From: Thermoplasmata archaeon
GTDB lineage: Archaea; Thermoplasmatota; Thermoplasmata; RBG-16-68-12; JAJISG01
NCBI GenBank assembly: GCA_046758325.1
Contig: JBHHZZ010000002.1
Location: 14,990 to 78,989 of the forward strand
Direction: 5' to 3'
DNA: 64,000 nucleotides
In this document: piece after piece, positions 17,831 through 27,640 of the stretch
Layout of the letters: each line of letters opens with the position of its first letter
Position numbering within the stretch: the first letter of the stretch is position 1
Translations under genes and position numbers: made by a program
Notes under the pieces: generated by a model
The model's database searches: none
What the model was told of the DNA's origin: nothing
The model's input: only the letters and a program-made list of their open reading frames with translations

Positions 17831-18982
17831 GTGCTAGAAAGCGTGATTGTGGGCGCCGTGAGGACGCCCATAGGAAGGATCAACAAATCCCTTAAGGATG
17901 TGAGGGCTGATGACCTTGCTGCCCTCGTAATCAAGGAAGTCATCGAAAGGGCCGGCATAGAGCCGGCGATGGTGGAGGACGTCGTCTTTGGCTGCAACAC
18001 ACAGATCGAGGAGCAGGGCCTGAACGTCACCCGAATTGCCGTCCTTACGGCAGGGCTTCCCGAATCCATAGCGGGCACCACCGTGAATCGCCAGTGCGGT
18101 TCTGGACTTCAGGCCTGCAATATCGCAGCCATGGCGGTGGCCACGGGCCAGTCCGACTTCGTCATCGGCGGTGGTGTCGAGAGCATGACCCGGGTGCCTA
18201 TGGGTAGCGATGCGGGCGTCTTCAACGAGAGGCTCATCGCTAGATACGACCTCGTTCCTCAGGGAATCTCAGCAGAGCTGATAGCGGACAAATGGGGACT
18301 CTCCAGGGAGGAGATGGACGAGTTCTCCCTCATGAGCCACAGGAAGGCCATCGCCGCCATCGATGCCGGCAGGTTCAAGGATGAGATCGTCCCAGTTCCG
18401 ATCAAGGATGACTCTGGGAAGGAGGTCCTCTTCAGCATCGACGAGCATCCTCGACGGAATACATCGCTGGAGAAGCTGGCCAAATTGCCACCGGCCTTCA
18501 AGCCTGATGGCAAGATTACCGCCGGAAACTCGTCCGGCATCAACGATGGCGCTGCAGCCGTCCTCTTCACAACCAAGACGAAGGCAAGGGAGCTGGGTCT
18601 GGAGCCCCTGGCCACGGTGAGAACGATGGCAGTAGCGGGCGTGGACCCAGTCCTTATGCTCACTGGACCTATCCCTGCGTCAAGAAAGGCTCTGAAGAAG
18701 GCAGGGCTCACCATGAACGACATCGACCTGGTGGAACTTAACGAGGCCTTTGCATCGGTCGCCATAGCCTGTTCCGGTGAGCTAGGCATCGAGCCGGAGA
18801 AGCTGAACCCCAACGGAGGGGCCATAGCCCTCGGCCATCCCCTGGGATGCAGCGGAGCCCGCCTGCTGACCACCCTCCTGTATGAGATGGAAAGAAGGGG
18901 CTCGAGGTACGGGCTGGTAACCCTGTGTATCGGCTTCGGTCAGGGCATAACGACCATCGTGGAGCGAGAGAACGCCGGGTGA
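17831..18982 (+). CDS. Acetyl-CoA C-acyltransferase (thiolase)
   Basis: GTG start; NRQCGSG, NEAFA, GGAIALGHPLGCSG, LCIGFGQG. Confidence 0.95.
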   Translation: MLESVIVGAVRTPIGRINKSLKDVRADDLAALVIKEVIERAGIEPAMVEDVVFGCNTQIEEQGLNVTRIAVLTAGLPESIAGTTVNRQCGSGLQACNIAAMAVATGQSDFVIGGGVESMTRVPMGSDAGVFNERLIARYDLVPQGISAELIADKWGLSREEMDEFSLMSHRKAIAAIDAGRFKDEIVPVPIKDDSGKEVLFSIDEHPRRNTSLEKLAKLPPAFKPDGKITAGNSSGINDGAAAVLFTTKTKARELGLEPLATVRTMAVAGVDPVLMLTGPIPASRKALKKAGLTMNDIDLVELNEAFASVAIACSGELGIEPEKLNPNGGAIALGHPLGCSGARLLTTLLYEMERRGSRYGLVTLCIGFGQGITTIVERENAG

Positions 18983-19028
18983 CTTAACTCACCAATGGAG
19001 TCGTCTTCGAAGGTTCCTGGACAGACCC

Positions 19029-20180
19029 TCAGAGCTCGCCTACCTCCTCTCGCGAGATTATGAGCCTCTGAATCTGTGATGTGCCCTCCCAAATCTGGAA
19101 CACCTTCGCGTCCCTCATCCACTTCTCCACCGGGTAGTCCTTCATATAGCCGGAGCCGCCGACAATCTGCACAGCATCCGTGGTCACCTTCATAGCCATC
19201 TCGGCGGCGAAGAGCTTCGCCATGGCGGCATCCTTGTTGGCCGGCATATCCTGATCAGCCATCCAGGCGGCTCTCCACACCAGGAGACGGGCAGCCTCGA
19301 TGGCCGTCTTCATGTCCGCCAGCATGAAGGCGACACCCTGATGCATGGCTATGGGCTTTCCGAACGCCTCCCTGGTCCGCGCATAATCCAGGGCGAACTC
19401 GTAGGCTGCTTGGGCCACGCCCACGGCCCCGGCGGCGACAACTGGTCTCGACTTCTCCAGGGTCTTCATGGCCCCTATCCAGGAGACTTTCTCGCCTCCC
19501 AGGAGGTTCTCCTCTGGCACCCTGCAGTCCTCTAAGATGACCTCTGCGGTGTGGGACGCCCGAACCCCCATCTTGTCCTCCACCTTACCCATCTTAAGCC
19601 CGTTGTCCCCCTCCTCTACCACGAAGGCCCTGATGCCGAAGTATCCCAGGGATTTGTCAATGGTGGCGAAGACCACGTGGAGGTTGGCGATTCCTCCGTT
19701 CGTGATGAACCTCTTGACGCCATTGAGGATCCATTCGTCCCCATCCTTCTCTGCCCTTGTGGAAATGTTCTTCACGTCAGAACCCGCCCCGGGCTCCGTC
19801 AGGCATAGGGCGCCAAGCTTGGGCTCTTCCTGGGTGAATAAGGGAAGGTACCGCTGCTTCTGCTCCTCCGTGCCCATGTAGAGAATGGGGAGAATGGCCA
19901 GACCTCCGCCGATGAGGGCTGTAGCTATGCCCGCGCAACCCCAGTTCAGCTCCTCCATCACCAAGGCCCAGGAGAGAGTGCTGGCCATGCCGCCTCCGCC
20001 GTACTTCTCCGGTATGAAAGCCGTGTCGAGGCCCAGCTTGTGGGCCTTCTGGACGACGTCCCAAGGGATCTTGCCCTCTTGATCGCTCTCGGCCGCTACC
20101 GGCCTCAGTTCCTTCTCCGCAAACTCCCTCGCCGTCTGCCGCAGCAGCTTCTGTTCATCCGTGAGCCTAAAGTCGACCAT
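19029..20180 (-). CDS. Acyl-CoA dehydrogenase
   Basis: LTEPGAGSD, LNGVKRFITNG, R.AFGKPI, QIVGGSGY, IWEGTSQIQR. Confidence 0.95.
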   Translation of the reverse strand: MVDFRLTDEQKLLRQTAREFAEKELRPVAAESDQEGKIPWDVVQKAHKLGLDTAFIPEKYGGGGMASTLSWALVMEELNWGCAGIATALIGGGLAILPILYMGTEEQKQRYLPLFTQEEPKLGALCLTEPGAGSDVKNISTRAEKDGDEWILNGVKRFITNGGIANLHVVFATIDKSLGYFGIRAFVVEEGDNGLKMGKVEDKMGVRASHTAEVILEDCRVPEENLLGGEKVSWIGAMKTLEKSRPVVAAGAVGVAQAAYEFALDYARTREAFGKPIAMHQGVAFMLADMKTAIEAARLLVWRAAWMADQDMPANKDAAMAKLFAAEMAMKVTTDAVQIVGGSGYMKDYPVEKWMRDAKVFQIWEGTSQIQRLIISREEVGEL

Positions 20181-20350
20181 GCTGGTGGGCCCCCTTCGGA
20201 GTGTTCAACGATACTCGATTAGAAAAGGTTTCGGTTGCCATTCTAGCTGTGGTGCTGAGAAGGGCGGAGCTCTGATAGGTCAGCAGAATGGAAAGTGTGG
20301 CCTTCCCGCGTGCCTCGAGACGAGGCCTATCATCCCGAGCGTAGGTATCC

Positions 20351-20728
20351 TTAGAACTCCTTGGGCATGTCCCTGAGTACAGCGGTCAACCGGCTGAGCG
20401 GGCTCATTAGGGCCATGATCTTCGACATGGAGCCCTTGAACCTCATCTTTCCAGTCATCACCAGAGTCTGAAGATCGGCCTCTCCCTTAGCGGACTTCAG
20501 CCAAGCTTCGTAGCTACCCTCAAACTTGAAGTCAGCAGGCTCATCCTGAGCCACCTCCCTAGTCGCCACCACTCCATTCTGGATGTCTATCATCACTGAG
20601 ATGTCCCGGTCAGTACAAGTGGCGACTAACCGCGTGGTCAGGTCGCTAGTCTTCTTCTTCCACTCATCGTCGGCGTTGAGCCGACTGGCCAGATCCTCGA
20701 AAAACTCCTTTGTAAAAAACTGTGCCAT
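20351..20728 (-). CDS. Stand-alone SCP2 sterol/lipid-carrier domain protein
   Basis: PADFKFEG..W...KGE.D...VMTGKMRFKGSM pattern of SCP2 domains. Confidence 0.8.
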   Translation of the reverse strand: MAQFFTKEFFEDLASRLNADDEWKKKTSDLTTRLVATCTDRDISVMIDIQNGVVATREVAQDEPADFKFEGSYEAWLKSAKGEADLQTLVMTGKMRFKGSMSKIMALMSPLSRLTAVLRDMPKEF

Positions 20729-20778
20729 GGGAAACCTCCGATGCTCAGATGGGCCTCTAGTATAGAGACATTACGGTC

Positions 20779-22053
20779 CTATGGGTAGGCCATATCCAGG
20801 ATCTGCACGGGATGCATACAGCTGGCGGGAATGCCCTCCTTCTTGAGACCCCACGCTATCCAGAGGAGGCAGCCCGGGTTGCCGGTGGCCACTATGTCGG
20901 CTCCCGAGGCCTGGATGTCCTGGAGCTTTCGCCGGAGCAGCCGGAGGGCCATGTCCCTCTGGGTGAGCATGTAGGTGCCAGCGCTGCCGCAGCACCAGTC
21001 GGACTCCTTCAGCTCGATGATCTCGAGGCCAGGGACTCTCCTCAGCATGTTTCTGGGCTCCTCCCCAATGCCCTGGCCGTGGATCAGGTGGCAAGGGTCG
21101 TCGTAGGCCACCTTGATGGGCAGGGGCTGCAGACCGTCCGAGAGGCCTACGGAGTCCAGGAGTTCGGACACATCTTTCACCTTGTCGCTGAAATTTCGAG
21201 CCTTCTCCCTCCACTCAGCGTCCTCCGGGAAGAGGCGCTGGTACTCCTTCATATGGGCCCCACAACCGGCGGAGTTGGTGACGATGACATCCACTCCGGC
21301 GGCCTCGAAAACCGATATGTTCAGCATGGCCAATCGGCGAGCCTCCTCCAGCCGGCCCGCGTGGGCATGGAGAGCCCCGCAGCACTCCTGGCCACGGGGA
21401 ATCATAACATCACAGCCGCTGCGATTGAGGACACTAATCGTAGCGCGGTTCACATCCGTCAGCAGGATTCTCATCATGCAGCAGATCAGGAAGGCAGCGG
21501 TCAACCTCCTCTCACCCTGGGACCTGTAGGTCCGCTCAGATATCTCCTCCGGCACCGCTGGCAAGCTCGTCAGGACGTCTATCGCGTTGAGGAGCTGCTC
21601 GGGAAGAAAGCGGCTTCGGCTCGCGGACAGGGCGAGGTTCCGTAGCGGCGACCTCTGGTAGATGGACAGAAGCCTGCCAAGGCCTATGATTCGAGACTTT
21701 CTCGGTAGGAGGTACTGATAAAGAAGGCGGGGAAACAGGCCCGAAGTCGTAGAACTCCGTCCGAGGAGGAAACGTCCGCGCTCAAGAATATGGCCAAAGG
21801 ATACGCCCGAAGGACAGGCCGTTTCGCAGGCCCTACAGCCCACGCAGAGATCCAGATGTAGGGCCAGCTTCTCCGTCACATCAACGCGGTTTTCCTCCAG
21901 GGCCCGGACCAAGTATACACGACCCCTGGGAGAGTCCATCTCCACGCCGAGTTCTCGATAGGTGGGACAGAAAGGGAGACACAGGCCGCAATGGGTGCAC
22001 TCCATGAGTTTCTCATAGGGCAGGAACCCGGCTCCGCTCCTAGAGTCCATCAC
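20779..22053 (-). CDS. glcF: Glycolate oxidase Fe-S subunit GlcF-like
   Basis: CTHCGLCLPFCP, CVGCRACETACP, two CCG domains (ECCGAL, WCCGSAG). Confidence 0.92.
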   Translation of the reverse strand: MMDSRSGAGFLPYEKLMECTHCGLCLPFCPTYRELGVEMDSPRGRVYLVRALEENRVDVTEKLALHLDLCVGCRACETACPSGVSFGHILERGRFLLGRSSTTSGLFPRLLYQYLLPRKSRIIGLGRLLSIYQRSPLRNLALSASRSRFLPEQLLNAIDVLTSLPAVPEEISERTYRSQGERRLTAAFLICCMMRILLTDVNRATISVLNRSGCDVMIPRGQECCGALHAHAGRLEEARRLAMLNISVFEAAGVDVIVTNSAGCGAHMKEYQRLFPEDAEWREKARNFSDKVKDVSELLDSVGLSDGLQPLPIKVAYDDPCHLIHGQGIGEEPRNMLRRVPGLEIIELKESDWCCGSAGTYMLTQRDMALRLLRRKLQDIQASGADIVATGNPGCLLWIAWGLKKEGIPASCMHPVQILDMAYP

Positions 22054-23360
22054 AGACCTCCGATGAAGCGGCCTGGGTTGAGAACGCTGTCAGGATCGAA
22101 TTCAGCCTTCATGCGGGCGATGAGGTCGAAGTGTGGGGGTCGAGGACCCCAGACATCAATCCCTCTCTTCACCTCGGCGGGAGCCTTCTCCAGGATGAGG
22201 TGCCCTCCGAGGGAGCTGCTCAGAGCACCGAGTTCCTCAAAGGCTGACTGGGTAACCTCCGCCCCACCACCTTGCACCAGGCCGACATGCGCAACACCGA
22301 ACCCTGGATGAGCGATGATGCTGCCCTTCAGATCGAGGGATTCCAGCGTCTCGGGCACAGCATTCAGGAACGCGTCCATGGTTGCCGGAGGCAACGACGC
22401 CCTCAGACTCGTTGACCAGGTGGACAAGGGAAGGCTTGAGACAGACTGCCACAGCTCTCTGGAACCATCCCCGTCTCGGGCAAGGGAGCCGATGGCTCCC
22501 CGCACCTCTGCCATGCCCTTGACCTCCCCCACTTGCCTTTCCACCACCTCCCTCAGGTCACCAAACTCCGCCAACAGGTAGTGGCCACTAGGATCCAGGC
22601 TCAGAGTGCTGGCAGCGGTCTGACTAAGCACCGTAAGGGCCACGGACTCCAGCCCAGCGTCCAGAACGTCGCCTGCCGTCCTTACGGCTCCATCAAAGGT
22701 CGGAAAGGCAGAGGCAAGAGTCATGGTGAACTCGGGGAGAGGTTGCAGCCTTAAGGAGGCCTCAACAATCACCCCGAGGGTGCCTAGAGAGCCGACGTAG
22801 AGCTTCATCATGTTATAGCCAGCCACGTTCTTGACCACCCTGCCACCAGCCTTCGCGACTTGGCCATTGGGGAGGACCATCTTCATGCCTAGAACGGAGT
22901 CCCCCGGAGCGCCGAAGGACTGTCTTCTGGGGCCGAAAGAACTGACCGCCAAGGCGCCCCCGACGGTGGCCCTCTCCGGCATAGGGGGATCCAGGGGGAG
23001 AACTTGGCGGTGATGGCGGAGCAACTCGTTGGCAGCGGCAATCGTCATCCCTGCCGGGAGGATTGCCACCATGTCCTCCGGGGCGTGCTCGAAACCCTCC
23101 GTTATGCCACCCATGTCAAGCATGATGTCGACCCTCGCAGGCGGGTTTCCCATGTGCAGGGCCGTTCCTCCGCCAACGGGGACGACGGCCAGTCCTTGAT
23201 CCCCCGCGAAGGACAGGACACTTGCGAGATCCTGGACACTACCAGGACGTACGACCGCGGACGGTCGGAGGCCCTCCACATCTCTTTCGAGTTCTTGAGT
23301 TATGACGGTCTGCTCTAGGCAAGAGCGCAGCCTCTCAATCCAGCCTTCCCCCCGGGGCAT
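22050..23360 (-). CDS. glcE: Glycolate oxidase subunit GlcE-like
   Basis: PVGGGT, ATVGG, GGRVVKNVAGY, FDP..VLNPGR. Confidence 0.9.
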   Translation of the reverse strand: MPRGEGWIERLRSCLEQTVITQELERDVEGLRPSAVVRPGSVQDLASVLSFAGDQGLAVVPVGGGTALHMGNPPARVDIMLDMGGITEGFEHAPEDMVAILPAGMTIAAANELLRHHRQVLPLDPPMPERATVGGALAVSSFGPRRQSFGAPGDSVLGMKMVLPNGQVAKAGGRVVKNVAGYNMMKLYVGSLGTLGVIVEASLRLQPLPEFTMTLASAFPTFDGAVRTAGDVLDAGLESVALTVLSQTAASTLSLDPSGHYLLAEFGDLREVVERQVGEVKGMAEVRGAIGSLARDGDGSRELWQSVSSLPLSTWSTSLRASLPPATMDAFLNAVPETLESLDLKGSIIAHPGFGVAHVGLVQGGGAEVTQSAFEELGALSSSLGGHLILEKAPAEVKRGIDVWGPRPPHFDLIARMKAEFDPDSVLNPGRFIGGL

Positions 23361-23366
23361 GGTCCG

Positions 23367-24824
23367 CTACCTCGCTCTCGCTTGAAGGTCGGCAGGGACC
23401 CTCAAGAGGGGCATCTCCATCTTCTTCTCTCCGGGAAACACCTTGCCCGGGTTGCAGAGGCCCTCGGGATCGAAAACCCTCTTCACCCTCTTCATGGCCT
23501 CCAGGTCCTCCTTGGAGTAGACGAGGCCCATCATGTCCATCTTCTCCAGGCCGATACCATGCTCGCCGCTGATGGTCCCGCCGGCCTCGACACAGCATTG
23601 CAGGATGTCCTTCGAAGCGGCCAGGGTCCTCCTCACCTGATCCTGGTCCCGTTCATCGAAGAGAATAATGGGGTGAAGATTTCCATCGCCAGCATGGAAG
23701 ACGTTTGCGATGGTCAGACCGTACCGCTGGCCGATCGCGTACACCCGGGGCAGTACATCCGGCAACTTGCTACGAGGGATGACGCCGTCAAGGGTGTAGT
23801 AGCTCCGGCTCACCCGGCCAAAGGCACCAAAGGCCCTCTTCCGGCCCTGCCAGAGGAGTGTCCTCTCCTCCTCCGTCTCCGCCATCCTCACCTCCCTGGC
23901 ACCGCTGCTCCGGCAGACGTCCGCTACATCGGTAGCCCTCCTCTCCACAGCCTCTCTGAGACCGTCCACCTCTATCAGAAGCACTGCCTCGGCATCCTTG
24001 GGGTAGCCAGCATGTATGTAGTCCTCCACCGCACCGAGGGTGATCCGGTCCATCATCTCCACCGTTGCGGGGACGATGCCTTTTCCAATGATCGCCGAAA
24101 CAGTCTGGGTCGCGGCCTCCACGGAGTCGTAAATGGCCAGGATGGTCCTGATGGACTCGGGCAACCTCACAAGCCGGACGATGACCTTGGTGGCGATGCC
24201 CAAGGTGCCCTCAGAGCCCACCATGAGTCCGACTAGGTCGTATCCGATCATGTCCTCGGCCTTGCCCCCCAGAAGGACCAGCTGACCATCGGGCAGTACC
24301 ACCTCTAGGCCAAGGACATGGTTCGTCGTCACCCCGTACTTGAGGGTATGTGGGCCTCCCGCGTTCTCCGCCACGTTGCCACCTATGGTGCAGGACTGCT
24401 GACTGGAGGGGTCGGGAGCGAAATGCAGGCCCAGGGACAGGACGGCATCGTTCAGCTGCTGGTTGATGACTCCTGGCTGTACCACGGCTCTCAGGTTCGC
24501 CTCGTCAACCTCCAGGATCCTGTTCATCTTGACCAGGGAGATGAGAATCCCCCCCTCAAGAGGGAGGGCACCGCCGCTGAGGCCGGTTCCCGCGCCCCTC
24601 GCCACGAAGGGCACATGGAGCCTGTTGGCAAGACGAACGATGGATTGGACCTCCTCCGTCGACTCCGGCAGGACTACAACCTCCGGAAGAGCCTTGTTGA
24701 GGGTCAGCCCATCACAGTCGTAGACCAGAAGCTCCTCATAGTCCGCAATAACCCTTTCTCGACCGAGAATGTTGGCAAGCTCCTCTACGAGGGCCTTCCT
24801 GTCCACCGGGACACCCCGATGCAC
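23367..24824 (-). CDS. glcD: Glycolate oxidase subunit GlcD-like FAD-linked oxidase
   Basis: RGAGTGLSGG, PDPSS, FHAGDGNLHP, SGEHGIG. Confidence 0.93.
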   Translation of the reverse strand: MHRGVPVDRKALVEELANILGRERVIADYEELLVYDCDGLTLNKALPEVVVLPESTEEVQSIVRLANRLHVPFVARGAGTGLSGGALPLEGGILISLVKMNRILEVDEANLRAVVQPGVINQQLNDAVLSLGLHFAPDPSSQQSCTIGGNVAENAGGPHTLKYGVTTNHVLGLEVVLPDGQLVLLGGKAEDMIGYDLVGLMVGSEGTLGIATKVIVRLVRLPESIRTILAIYDSVEAATQTVSAIIGKGIVPATVEMMDRITLGAVEDYIHAGYPKDAEAVLLIEVDGLREAVERRATDVADVCRSSGAREVRMAETEEERTLLWQGRKRAFGAFGRVSRSYYTLDGVIPRSKLPDVLPRVYAIGQRYGLTIANVFHAGDGNLHPIILFDERDQDQVRRTLAASKDILQCCVEAGGTISGEHGIGLEKMDMMGLVYSKEDLEAMKRVKRVFDPEGLCNPGKVFPGEKKMEMPLLRVPADLQARAR

Positions 24825-24866
24825 ATGCTAGGCGTGCGGACCATAAATAAGCACCGGGGTCTGCCT

Positions 24867-25505
24867 TCACGGTGACTTCCAGACGACGGCGCTGCCGATG
24901 AGCCAGCCCATTACACCAGAGAGGGCGTAGAGGACCTCGTATGCTGGAAAGGCGTACGGGGCGACGACGGCAAAGGCTAAGGAGAAGAGGATGGCGGCCA
25001 CCCAGATGACGAGCATGTTGTAGGATCCCTTGGGCATGACCCTCAGATACAGACGGAGGAAGATGAAGGAGGTGCCCAGAGCCATGACGATCCTCTCGCT
25101 GATTAGGACGAGGTCGACGTTGGAGCCGCCAGGGTTGATGAAGGCCCTGTACGCGACGTACAGGCCGAAAGCGAGGAAGGTGGTCAGGAGGAGCACCCTC
25201 GCCGGTACCCAAACGTTGGTGGGCTCCAGCCGGTCCCGAAACTTGAAGAATGCCAGGGTGGGCGACGCCACACGCATGCCGAAGACGACGGCCACCACCG
25301 GGGCCAGGTAGATCGGGTCTTTGAAGCTGACCTGCACGAAGGAGAGGCCCAGGGCCACGAGGATGAAGGCCGGTACCGCTAGGAGGAAAGTGAGGGCCCA
25401 GAGGCCACTCCTCAGGAGACGATAGAACACGGGGGCGAAGAGAAGCAGGACTGAGCCTAGCACTAAGAGTATTGCGAATAGGGAGACTAGGTCTTCCTCC
25501 GCCAT
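24867..25505 (-). CDS. Polytopic membrane protein of unknown function (paralog of next gene)
   Basis: About 7 hydrophobic helices; shares R..SPT, W.P.R and SLAFAV.AP.AFP.Y with 25605-26261. Confidence 0.8.
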   Translation of the reverse strand: MAEEDLVSLFAILLVLGSVLLLFAPVFYRLLRSGLWALTFLLAVPAFILVALGLSFVQVSFKDPIYLAPVVAVVFGMRVASPTLAFFKFRDRLEPTNVWVPARVLLLTTFLAFGLYVAYRAFINPGGSNVDLVLISERIVMALGTSFIFLRLYLRVMPKGSYNMLVIWVAAILFSLAFAVVAPYAFPAYEVLYALSGVMGWLIGSAVVWKSP

Positions 25506-25604
25506 CTCCAGTCCTCAGTCCGAGGCTTTCGAGGCGGATGACTGAGGAAAAGGGTTTGTCTCCCAGTATTCCGGGTGAAAATCAGTATGGGAAATCAGGT
25601 GGCG

Positions 25605-26261
25605 TCACGAGAAGCGCCATATGACTACGAAGCCTATGATCCACCCGGCTAAGCCCGCGAGCCTGTAGTATATGTCGTAGTTGGGGAAGGCAAAGGGGGC
25701 CATGACGGCGAAAGCCAGGGAGAGGAGAATGGCGGAGACCCAGACAGTGGGCTTCTCTCTCAAGGACTCAGGAAGGATCTTGGCAAAGACACGGACAATG
25801 ACGAAAGCGCCTCCCACTGCCATCAGGAGCGCCTCGCTGAGAACGGCAGCACTTGAGGGAGCCTGGCCAAAGACGTCTGCGAAAAGGTCCGACAACAGGA
25901 CGTATACCAGGTAGCCTGCATACCCGAGGAAGCCCGCCGCCAGGACGATCCGCAGTGGAGTCCAGAATTTCCTGAGTTCAAACTTCTCCCTCAACGATCG
26001 GAAGAGGAATGTGGGGGAGGAAGCCCTAAGGCCCAGGACCAGGGCAACGAAGGGGAGGAAGAAGAGGGGCTCGGAAAGGGCAAGGTAGACGGCATACAAG
26101 GAGACACCCATGATACCCAACACTAGGGCCAGAAGGCCGTACAGCTTCCATTTCGTGACCTCCTCAGTCAATCTGAAGATAACGGGGGATAGAAGGATTA
26201 TGAGGGTTCCCGAGATGAGCATCCCCGCGAATAAAAATGCCAGGATTTCCTCGTTTGCCAT
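25605..26261 (-). CDS. Polytopic membrane protein of unknown function (paralog of previous gene)
   Basis: As above; likely start MANEEI. Confidence 0.8.
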   Translation of the reverse strand: MANEEILAFLFAGMLISGTLIILLSPVIFRLTEEVTKWKLYGLLALVLGIMGVSLYAVYLALSEPLFFLPFVALVLGLRASSPTFLFRSLREKFELRKFWTPLRIVLAAGFLGYAGYLVYVLLSDLFADVFGQAPSSAAVLSEALLMAVGGAFVIVRVFAKILPESLREKPTVWVSAILLSLAFAVMAPFAFPNYDIYYRLAGLAGWIIGFVVIWRFS

Positions 26262-26704
26262 TGGAGTTGAGTCCAACCCTTGAGTCTTGATAAAGTTTTG
26301 GTCAAGGCTGTGGAATGTGATAATGCAATGGAAATGAGGGCTCCGTCGTCGACTGTCCGGGCGTCCTTCGTTTGGTTATTGCGGGAGCGCGTCGTCCACC
26401 ACAGAGGCCCTCAGAGGAGGTGTCAATGATGGAGACCACTACCATCGGACCGATTTCCTCCAGGATTGGGACCAGGATTTGTAGAGATCGACCACCCACG
26501 GTTGTCCCGAACCCCGATAAAGCCCTCCAGGGCCAGAAAGCGTCAATGAAAGGCCTGAAGGAGGACTTTGCCATGCCAACCCGGTCGCGTCAAGCCATAT
26601 GGGTTCATCTCGCCGATGGGTTCTGAAGCTCTCGAATCTGGCGGCATGGTAGATATCGACGTGGCCTGTCCAACCTTGGATTTGACAGGTGATGAGAACC
26701 CATC

Positions 26705-27403
26705 TTAGCCTTCTGTCCTGACAGCTGAACTGCTCCCCATTTTCCTCACTATTTCGATGGCCTCCGTCAGGCTCTGTACAACAGCCTCTGGGGCAACGTC
26801 GTTCTGACCACGGCCTTCTCTATCCAGGAGTATGGCATTCATGCCAAGTCTCTCGGGGAGCAGAATGTCAAGGTGCAGGTCGTCGCCTATGACCACCGAT
26901 TCCTCTGGCATGACGCGGAGGACCTCCAACAGTTTCTTGTACATTCTTGGATTGGACTTATCACATCTCGCCTCATAGCCAGTCATGATGTAGTCGAAAT
27001 CCCCCTCGAGCCCCTCTATGGCATCCTGGAATTTGAACCGCGCTATGGTCGTAACTATGGCCGTCTTCAGGCCAAGCTGCTTGGCCCTCTTCACCGCTTC
27101 TCTTGCGTCAGGATACAACCTGTATTTGTTTCGCTCCATTAGGCTGACCAATCCATTCAGGGTCTGCCTGTCGACTCCCGCCCTTAGTCGCCACAGCGTA
27201 CGTCTGAGGAAAGTATGCCAATCCTTGTAGCCATACCTTGGATAGTCGATGAAGGACGTGAAAATGAACGCGGCTTTCAGCTGCTGAGGTGAGATTTCGT
27301 AGCCTCCCCTGTTCAGATATGCTGAGATCTCCTCCTCACTAACAGAGACTTCCGGGTATACAAGAGTCTGGTGCAGGTCAAACAGCACAGCCTTAATATG
27401 CAT
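26705..27403 (-). CDS. HAD-superfamily hydrolase
   Basis: KAVLFDLHQT motif I, KSNP..Y motif III, VIGDDLHLDI motif IV. Confidence 0.88.
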   Translation of the reverse strand: MHIKAVLFDLHQTLVYPEVSVSEEEISAYLNRGGYEISPQQLKAAFIFTSFIDYPRYGYKDWHTFLRRTLWRLRAGVDRQTLNGLVSLMERNKYRLYPDAREAVKRAKQLGLKTAIVTTIARFKFQDAIEGLEGDFDYIMTGYEARCDKSNPRMYKKLLEVLRVMPEESVVIGDDLHLDILLPERLGMNAILLDREGRGQNDVAPEAVVQSLTEAIEIVRKMGSSSAVRTEG

Positions 27404-27640
27404 TGAAGGTCGAGGTCGCAACGAGACTCAGGAGAATAAAGGTTGGCTCCGACAAAACAAATCTTAAGGCACCGTTGCCCTCTCTCAGAGACGAAGTGAT
27501 CCCAACGCGCAGTTCAAGTTCGTCGGGCTCAGGAGGAGAATGCTCGAGAACAATGTCGACAGGACCTCAAAGGTCCATTACAACAGGAAGGGGTGCAGGT
27601 TCACGCACTGGACTTCACCGTTGACAGGAGGCGGGAGATC

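Noticed and set aside
24867-26261. 7-TM paralogs as microbial rhodopsins
   Set aside because: No retinal-binding Lys (DxxxK or SxxxK) in the last helix and no helix C RY/W motif
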